64,000 bases of DNA from Myxococcota bacterium (lineage in GTDB: Bacteria; Myxococcota_A; UBA9160; JAFDDA01). Shown in pieces: positions 57,453 to 64,000 of the stretch. How positions within the stretch are numbered: position 1 is the stretch's first letter; each line of letters begins with the position of its first letter. The stretch spans positions 160,001 through 224,000 of the forward strand of contig OZ245817.1 in the NCBI GenBank assembly GCA_965228475.1, given 5' to 3'. The translations under genes were made by a program, and so were the position numbers. The notes below the pieces were generated by a model that did not search any database, had not been told where the DNA came from, and was given only the letters and a program-made list of their open reading frames with translations.

Positions 57453-58802
57453 ATGTCGAATACTCCCCCCAGCGCCGCCGACGTCCGGCGTCTGCTCGAA
57501 AGCCGCAAGATCGAGAAGGTCGTCGTGCTCGGTGCCAACGGCACCATGGGTTACGGCAGCGCCGCCCTGTTCACCCAGGCCGTTCCGGAAGTGACCTTCC
57601 TGGCGCGCACGAAGGAGAAGGCCGACGAGGGCCTGGCCGCCGCGATCAAGCAGGTGCGCTCGCCCACGGTGGCCTCCCGCTCGAACACGGGCTCCTACGA
57701 CGCGGATCTCGAGCGCACCGTCGCCGAGGCCGACATCATCTTCGAAGCCCTGACCGAGGACTTCGCGATCAAGCGCGAGATGTTCGACAAGGTCGAGAAG
57801 CACCGCCGCGACGATTCGATCATCGCGACGGTCACCTCGGGCCTCTCGATCAACCAGCTCTGCGAGGGGCGCAGCGAGTCGTTCCGCAAGAACTTCCTCG
57901 GGCTGCACTTCTTCAACCCGCCGAACGTGATCGTCGGAACCGAGCTCATCGCCGGCAACGAGACCGACGCCGAGGTGCTCGACTTCATCGAGGCGTTCTC
58001 CCGCGTGAAGCTCGGGCGCGAGATGATCCGCACCGCGGACACCCCGGCCTTCGCCGGCAACCGCGTCGGCTTCAAGCTGCTGAACGAGGCGGCCCAGCTC
58101 GCGGAGACGATGAGCCCGGCGCTCGTCGACCGGCTGATCGGGCCCTACACCGGCCGGGCGCTCACGCCGCTCGCGACCATCGACCTCGTCGGCTGGGACA
58201 TCCACCGCGCGATCGTCGACAACGTCTACGAGAACACGAGCGACGAAGCGCACGAGACGAACAAGCTCCCGGACTTCATGGCGAAGCTCATGGAGAAGGG
58301 CGTGCTCGGGAACAAGAGCGGTGGCGGCTTCTTCCAGCGCGGCAAGGACAAGACCCGCCTCGTGCTCGACGTCGCGACGGGCGACTACAAGCCCGAGGGC
58401 GAGATCGCGCTGCCGGACCTCGGCTACATCGACGACGTCTCGAGCCTCTACGCCGAGGGCCGCTACAAGGAAGGCATGCAGATCTTCCTGGGCGCCCAGG
58501 GCGACGAGGCGGCCATCGCCCGCAAGGTGATCGCGGGGTACATCAGCTACGCGTTCCACCGCGTGGGCGAGGTGACCGAGACCATCGACGGGATCGACCG
58601 CATCATGGGCATGGGCTTCAACTGGGCCCCGCCGAGCGTGCTGGTCGACACGATGGGCGGTGCCAAGGAAGCCGTGGCGATGATCGAGAAGGCCGGCGTG
58701 CCGGTGCCCTCGATCCTGGCCGAGGCGGCGCGCACGGGCGAGCCCAAGCGCTTCTTCACCAACCCGCTGATCAACACGGGCAAGTTCTTCGTCGCGGGTT
58801 AG
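57453..58802 (+). CDS. 3-hydroxyacyl-CoA dehydrogenase family protein
   Basis: LGANGTMG, EALTE, TSGLSI, HFFNPP, FAGNR. Confidence 0.85.
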   Translation: MSNTPPSAADVRRLLESRKIEKVVVLGANGTMGYGSAALFTQAVPEVTFLARTKEKADEGLAAAIKQVRSPTVASRSNTGSYDADLERTVAEADIIFEALTEDFAIKREMFDKVEKHRRDDSIIATVTSGLSINQLCEGRSESFRKNFLGLHFFNPPNVIVGTELIAGNETDAEVLDFIEAFSRVKLGREMIRTADTPAFAGNRVGFKLLNEAAQLAETMSPALVDRLIGPYTGRALTPLATIDLVGWDIHRAIVDNVYENTSDEAHETNKLPDFMAKLMEKGVLGNKSGGGFFQRGKDKTRLVLDVATGDYKPEGEIALPDLGYIDDVSSLYAEGRYKEGMQIFLGAQGDEAAIARKVIAGYISYAFHRVGEVTETIDGIDRIMGMGFNWAPPSVLVDTMGGAKEAVAMIEKAGVPVPSILAEAARTGEPKRFFTNPLINTGKFFVAG

Positions 58803-58857
58803 TCCCGGACTTTTCTGCTCCGGGCTCCGCCCGGCCCTTCCCTTCTAGGAGGATCTC

Positions 58858-60093
58858 ATGGCTGCTGGTTCCGAAGTCTACGTCCTGGGTGGCTATCAGA
58901 CGGACTTCTCGCGCAACTGGACGAAGGAGAGCAAGCACTTCTCCGCGCTGATGCGCGAGGGCGTGCTCGGCGCGCTCGAGGCGACGGACATCGCTCCCGA
59001 GGAGATCGAGAGCGCGCACGTCGGCAACTTCGCCGCGGAGCTCTACTGCATGCAGGGCCACCTCGGCGCGTTCTTCACCGAGGTGCACCCGGCCTTCAGC
59101 GGCCTTCCGACGGGGCGCCACGAGGCGGCCTGCGCTTCGGGCAGCATCGCGCTGCTCGCCGCGTCCGCCGAGATCGAGGCCGGCCGCTACGACCTCCAGG
59201 CCGTGGTCGGCATCGAGCAGATGAAGACCGTGTCGCCGGCCGTCGGAGGCAGCTACCTCGGCACCGCCGCCTGGTACGAGCAGGAGGCGGAGGGCATCGA
59301 GTTCCCCTTCCCGAAGCTCTTCGGCAAGCTCGGCGACGAGTACGACAAGCGCTATGGCCTGAAGGACGAGCACCTGGCCGAGATCAGCCGGCTCAACTAC
59401 GACAACGCCAAGCTGAATCCGAATGCCCAGACGCGCACCTGGTACATGAACAAGGAGCACGCGCTCTGCCGCACGGACGACAACGCCGAGGTCGGCGGGC
59501 GCATCCGCATCGCGGACTGCTCCCAGGTGACCGACGGCGCGGTGTGCGTCTTCCTGGCGTCGCGGGATTACGCCGAGAAGTACGCCAAGGGCACCGGGCA
59601 GAAGCTCGAGGACATCCCGCGCATCAAGGGCTGGGGCCACAACACGGCGCGCCTGCGCTTCGTGGACAAGGTGGCCGAGAGCGCCGGTGACCAGTACGTC
59701 CTGCCCCACGTGCGCAGCACGGTGATGTCGGCCATGAAGCGCGCCGGCATCGAGGACGTGAACGGCGTCGACGGCATCGAGACCCACGACTGCTTCACGA
59801 CCTCCGAGTACATGGCCATCGACCACTTCGGCATCACGCCCCCGGGCGAGAGCTGGAAGGCCGTCGAAGAGGGCTGGCTCGAGATCGACGGCAAGCACCC
59901 GATCAATCCGAGCGGCGGGCTGATCGGCGCCGGCCACCCGGTGGGCGCCACGGGCTGCCGCCAGCTGCTCGACGCCTACAAGCAGGTGACGGGCACCGCC
60001 GGCGACTACCAGGTTTCGGGAGCCAAGAACTTCCAGACCCTGAACATCGGCGGCAGCGGCACGACGAGCGTGAGCTTCGTCGTCGGTCGCTGA
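58858..60093 (+). CDS. Thiolase (SCP2-like acetyl-CoA acetyltransferase)
   Basis: [27 protein letters not shown]. Confidence 0.9.
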   Translation: MAAGSEVYVLGGYQTDFSRNWTKESKHFSALMREGVLGALEATDIAPEEIESAHVGNFAAELYCMQGHLGAFFTEVHPAFSGLPTGRHEAACASGSIALLAASAEIEAGRYDLQAVVGIEQMKTVSPAVGGSYLGTAAWYEQEAEGIEFPFPKLFGKLGDEYDKRYGLKDEHLAEISRLNYDNAKLNPNAQTRTWYMNKEHALCRTDDNAEVGGRIRIADCSQVTDGAVCVFLASRDYAEKYAKGTGQKLEDIPRIKGWGHNTARLRFVDKVAESAGDQYVLPHVRSTVMSAMKRAGIEDVNGVDGIETHDCFTTSEYMAIDHFGITPPGESWKAVEEGWLEIDGKHPINPSGGLIGAGHPVGATGCRQLLDAYKQVTGTAGDYQVSGAKNFQTLNIGGSGTTSVSFVVGR

Positions 60094-60151
60094 GGCCCGC
60101 CGAAGGCGGAATCAGAAAGGTCGGCGGCGCTCCTGCGCCGCCTCTCCAAGA

Positions 60152-60185
60152 AAAGCGCCCGGTAGGTACCTGCCGGGCGCTTTCT
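60152..60185 (+). terminator. Near-perfect 32-bp palindrome, terminator-like
   Basis: AAAGCGCCCGGTAGGTACCTGCCGGGCGCTTT (one G-U mismatch) with A-rich and T-rich ends. Confidence 0.6.
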
Positions 60186-60200
60186 GCATGAGGAGCCCCC

Positions 60201-61064
60201 ATGAAGATCGGTCTCATTCCCATCAACGTCGGTCCGACGAGCGCGGAGCTCGTGGTGGCCATGGCGCAGAAGTCCGAGGAGGTCGGGCTCGAATCGGTCT
60301 GGACCTTCGAGCACGCGATCGTGCCCGTCGACTACCAGTCGAAGTACCCCTACAGCGCCGACGGCAAGATGGGCGTGACGCCCGAGACGAACTTCATCGA
60401 TCCGCTGATCGCGCTCACGCTGGCGGCGGCGAAGACCGAGCGCATCCGGCTCGGGACCGGCGTGAACATCCTCTCCCAGACCAACCCGCTTCTGCTCGCG
60501 AAGCAGGCGGCGAGCCTCGACCTCGTCTCCGGCGGACGCTTCGAGCTGGGCGTCGGCATCGGCTGGCTGAAGGAGGAGTTCGAGGCCATGGGAACGCCCT
60601 TCGAGCGTCGCGGCGCCCGCTTCGACGACTACATCGCCGCCATGCGCAAGGTGTGGTCCGGCAACGTGGTCGATCACGAGAGCGACTTCCTCACGTGGAA
60701 GGGTTTCAAGAGCCACCCGACGCCGGTGCAGGACCCCTTCCCCGTGGTGATCGGTGGCAGCAAGGGGAAGGCCTTCGAGCGCATCGCGAAGTACGGCCAG
60801 GGCTGGTTCGCGCCGACGCCCTCGCCCGACGCCCTGGCCGAGATGCGCAAGCCCCTCGGCGAGGCGTGCGCGGCCGAGGGCCGGGACGTCGCCTCCGTCG
60901 AGATCAGCTGCATGTGGGTGCCCGCGATGGGGCTCGACACGCTGCGCCGCTTCGAGGATCAGGGCGTCTCGCGCCTGATCGTCCCGCTCCAGGCGCTCGG
61001 CGTGAAGGATCCGCTCGAGGGCATCGAGAAGCTCGGCAGCGAGGTCGTGGCCCAGATCGCCTGA
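60201..61064 (+). CDS. LLM class putative F420-dependent oxidoreductase (Rv2161c-like)
   Basis: WTFEHAI, LAKQAASLD.VSGGRFELGVGIGWLKEEF. Confidence 0.85.
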   Translation: MKIGLIPINVGPTSAELVVAMAQKSEEVGLESVWTFEHAIVPVDYQSKYPYSADGKMGVTPETNFIDPLIALTLAAAKTERIRLGTGVNILSQTNPLLLAKQAASLDLVSGGRFELGVGIGWLKEEFEAMGTPFERRGARFDDYIAAMRKVWSGNVVDHESDFLTWKGFKSHPTPVQDPFPVVIGGSKGKAFERIAKYGQGWFAPTPSPDALAEMRKPLGEACAAEGRDVASVEISCMWVPAMGLDTLRRFEDQGVSRLIVPLQALGVKDPLEGIEKLGSEVVAQIA

Positions 61065-61125
61065 TCCACCGAATGTGGCGTCGGCTCGCGACGGTGGCCG
61101 AAGGGAAGCCGACCGGAGCCGTCGT

Positions 61126-63999
61126 TCAACGCGCGCGCGCGCCGCGCTCTTCGAGGCGCGCGAAGAGCCAGCTCCGCCGCATTCGGTCCGATTCGGCGAC
61201 CTGGACGCGGCCGAGAGCTTCCGCGGCAGTCACGAGCTGTTCAGGACTGGCGTCGGGCCGCAGGACGAGTTCCCGGATGGCGGCCAGAGCCGTTGCAGGA
61301 TCCTCGGCGGCGACGGCTGCCCGCACGCGGAGCGTGAGATCCGAAGTCTGGGGCCAGGCTGCGAGCAGCGGCGCCACCAGGCGGAGTGCAGTCTGGGCTC
61401 GTTCGGGCTCGCCCGATTCGATTCGCCAGGCGATCCGGAGCCGCGCGGCCGCGTCGTGGAGCGGGTCGCGAACGTCGAAGCCCGCGAGCTCTGCATCGAG
61501 TTCGCGCAGGGCCGCGAAGCGGCCCTCCCGTGCGAGACCCGCGGCATCGAGATAGAGCTGTTCCTGCCGGCGGCGCGCGGTCGGAGGCGGGCCCGTCCCG
61601 GCCGCGGCGCGGATCAGGGCGACGGCGCGCAGCTCCGGGTCATTGGGGTGGTCTGCCAAGGCTCGTTCCAACGCCTCTGGTCCGACCTGGCCGGCGAGCG
61701 CGCGAACGAGCAGCGCGCTGCGAGTCGTGACCCGGACGTCCGGATGGGCCGAAGCCAGGCGCAGCGCCCGCTCGGCCTGTTGCTCGAGCACCAGCCGGCG
61801 AATCGCGTACGAGAAGTCTTCGTCCGATGCGAGCTGTGAAAGCGGGTCGTGGCGGAGCAGCGCCGCGAGGAGCGCCGCCTGGTTCTCCCGGTATCGCGCG
61901 AGTACGCGGGGAGAGCGCATCTGAAGGAGGTTGTGGTCATCCGTGTTGATGGTGGCGCCCTCCGAGAACCGGCGCGCGTTCTCTTCATCGAACATCAGCG
62001 CCGTGCGGACATCGTCCGCGCTGCGCAGTCCGATCGATTCGAAGATCTCGGGAGAGTCTGCCAGGGCCTGCTGCGACGTGGACTCGATGTCCAGGGGGCC
62101 CTCGGAGGCAACGAACAGCACCGCCCACGGGGGGAGGGGGCTGTAGACACGCACGTGAGGGAAGACCGATCGCAGCGTGGCGACGAGGGTCTGCAGCAGC
62201 TCGACGTCGATGAACTGCGAGCCCATCCACTGGACGAACACGCCATCTTCGGTGAGCCGGGACCGAACGAGTTCGAAGAAGTCGCGCGTATAGAGATGGG
62301 CAGCACCTGCGACCCAGGGGTGGGAGGGCTGGGAGATGATCCCGTCGTAGCGTTGATCGGTGAGCAGAAGTGTGGCCCGCGCATCGTTGACGGCGACGTT
62401 GACACGCGGATCGGCCAGGGGATCCGATCTTCGCAGGGGGCCGACGTTTCGGTTCGCATCGACGACCCGGGGTTCGAGTTCCACGACGTCGATTCGTTCG
62501 AGCCCTTTCGGAAGGTCTTCGATGGCCACGCCGCCGCCCAGGCCGATCGAGAACAGGCTGCGCGCGTCCGGCCGAGCCAGGACGGGCATCAGGCCCAGCC
62601 AATGCGATGCCTCGTCGATGGCGGCTCGCTCCCCCCGGCGGAGGATCTCGGCTTCGGTCAGCCCATTCGTCCGCAGCTGGAACCCGTGAGGCTGCTCCAG
62701 AGTCAGGACCGTCGCGCTCCGGCCGACTGCGTAGTCGATGACCTGGCCCGCCTCCGAGGTGCTCCCGCCAATGCTCGAGAGCAATACGCCCCAGGGCGGT
62801 TGGACACGCACCAGGACCATCAGGACCGCCATCGCTCCCGCGGCCACCCAGACCCGCCGCGAGACGCCGGGAAGCAGCCAGACGGATCCGGCCGCCAGAG
62901 CCAGATTCAACGCGACGGCCAGCGAGAGGGAGAGCGCATAGCCGAGCGCCGGGATCGCGAAGAAGCCGGCGCCCAGAGCCCCGACGATGGCGCCGACGGT
63001 GTTCCAGGCGTAGACCCGCGCGCTCACGGGTGCCGCGTCGGTTTCGCGCTCCGCCAGGACTCGAACTGCCAGGGGGAACGTCGCTCCGATGCAGATCGTC
63101 GAGGGGAGGAGCACCAGTCCGGCGACGATCGCGTCTCCCGTCGAGTTGGTGCCGATCCCGGCCGACAGGTTCCGCACGAGAGCCGGAAGCCAGTCCACCC
63201 CGACGTAAGCGGCGACGGAGAGCACCGCGGTGCCGAACTGGGCCCAGCCGAACGCGGTCGCGGCGCGTACCGGCGTCGAAGCGAAGCGTCCTGCAGCGAG
63301 GGCACCGAGCGCGATGCCCGAGAGGAACGTGGCCAGCATGATCGCGAACGCGTAGACGCTGCCTCCGAGGACGTGGGCGAGGAGGCGGGTCCAGAGCACT
63401 TCGTAGGTGAAGGAGCAGACGCCCGAGAGAAGGATTGCCGGAAGGATCCACCGTCGCGAGCCCGCGAGCGCCGGAACGGTGGCGTCCTCTCCTGCCGTGG
63501 GCGCTTCGACTCCCCGCGACAGCGCCACGGCCGCGACGAAGACGAGCACGTTCACGGCGACCGCAATCCAGACCGTGGTCTGCAGGCCGAGCGTCGGCAG
63601 CAGGGCGAATCCGGCCAGGAGCGTTCCTGCAACGGCACCAACGGTGTTCGCGCCGTAGAGGACGCTCACGCGCGCACCGATCTCTTCCCGCCTCCTGACC
63701 GCGTGCCGGATCAACAGCGGAAGAGTCGCTCCCATGAGCGCGGTCGGAACGATCAGGATGATGAGCGAGCAGAGGAGATAGAACGAGGTGAAGGCCGTTC
63801 CGGTGGACTCGACCATCCCCGCCGCGGAGAAGAGCGCGACGTAGAGGTCCATGGAGAGCTCGATGGCAAGCGGAACGGCGAGGGCGGTGACGGCTACGCC
63901 CAGCTCGAGCAGGGCGTAGGCGAGAATCGGGCGCTCGATGCGAGGGGCGAGCTTCGCTCCGACCGCCGCTCCGAGGGCAAGGCCCGCCATGTACGCGGC
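61126..63999 (-). CDS. Fused membrane (MFS-like)/spermidine-synthase-like protein, 5' end outside the window
   Basis: LMGATLP, LYGANTVG, YEVLWTR, GLGGG, VELEP, NDAR, SQPSHPW, NTDDHN. Confidence 0.85.
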   Translation of the reverse strand, partial: AAYMAGLALGAAVGAKLAPRIERPILAYALLELGVAVTALAVPLAIELSMDLYVALFSAAGMVESTGTAFTSFYLLCSLIILIVPTALMGATLPLLIRHAVRRREEIGARVSVLYGANTVGAVAGTLLAGFALLPTLGLQTTVWIAVAVNVLVFVAAVALSRGVEAPTAGEDATVPALAGSRRWILPAILLSGVCSFTYEVLWTRLLAHVLGGSVYAFAIMLATFLSGIALGALAAGRFASTPVRAATAFGWAQFGTAVLSVAAYVGVDWLPALVRNLSAGIGTNSTGDAIVAGLVLLPSTICIGATFPLAVRVLAERETDAAPVSARVYAWNTVGAIVGALGAGFFAIPALGYALSLSLAVALNLALAAGSVWLLPGVSRRVWVAAGAMAVLMVLVRVQPPWGVLLSSIGGSTSEAGQVIDYAVGRSATVLTLEQPHGFQLRTNGLTEAEILRRGERAAIDEASHWLGLMPVLARPDARSLFSIGLGGGVAIEDLPKGLERIDVVELEPRVVDANRNVGPLRRSDPLADPRVNVAVNDARATLLLTDQRYDGIISQPSHPWVAGAAHLYTRDFFELVRSRLTEDGVFVQWMGSQFIDVELLQTLVATLRSVFPHVRVYSPLPPWAVLFVASEGPLDIESTSQQALADSPEIFESIGLRSADDVRTALMFDEENARRFSEGATINTDDHNLLQMRSPRVLARYRENQAALLAALLRHDPLSQLASDEDFSYAIRRLVLEQQAERALRLASAHPDVRVTTRSALLVRALAGQVGPEALERALADHPNDPELRAVALIRAAAGTGPPPTARRRQEQLYLDAAGLAREGRFAALRELDAELAGFDVRDPLHDAAARLRIAWRIESGEPERAQTALRLVAPLLAAWPQTSDLTLRVRAAVAAEDPATALAAIRELVLRPDASPEQLVTAAEALGRVQVAESDRMRRSWLFARLEERGARAR

Positions 64000-64000
64000 G

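Overview
Very GC-rich, gene-dense bacterial chromosome segment with about 65 CDS. I found no rRNA, tRNA, CRISPR array, transposase or integrase. The mix of diderm markers (PEP-CTERM, OmpA, PilZ, GspE/PilB, MltB, lipoproteins) and actinobacteria-like lipid and aromatic enzymes (WS/DGAT, F420-type LLMs, BVMO, SCP2-type thiolase) suggests an uncultured Myxococcota-like organism; this is inference. Highlights: (1) a hidden UGA-recoded deiodinase-like selenoprotein with a bSECIS-like hairpin (56436-57137, minus strand) that the ORF track splits in two; (2) a translationally coupled sulfoquinovose-monooxygenase-type operon (AKR, SmoC/SquD-like LLM, GH188-like SQase) running into dusB; (3) a lower-GC islet with an AAA ATPase plus S8 protease (IetAS-like defence/TA pair); (4) an orphan GspE/PilB ATPase linked to a Ycf46-like AAA ATPase through a duplicated stop/start junction that encodes a 14-aa mini-ORF; (5) adjacent in-frame fusions (AadA-like NTase-MOSC; GNAT-DUF924); (6) three MITE/REPIN-like inverted-repeat elements and several candidate operators. 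All family calls come from motif recognition and recall, not from database searches.
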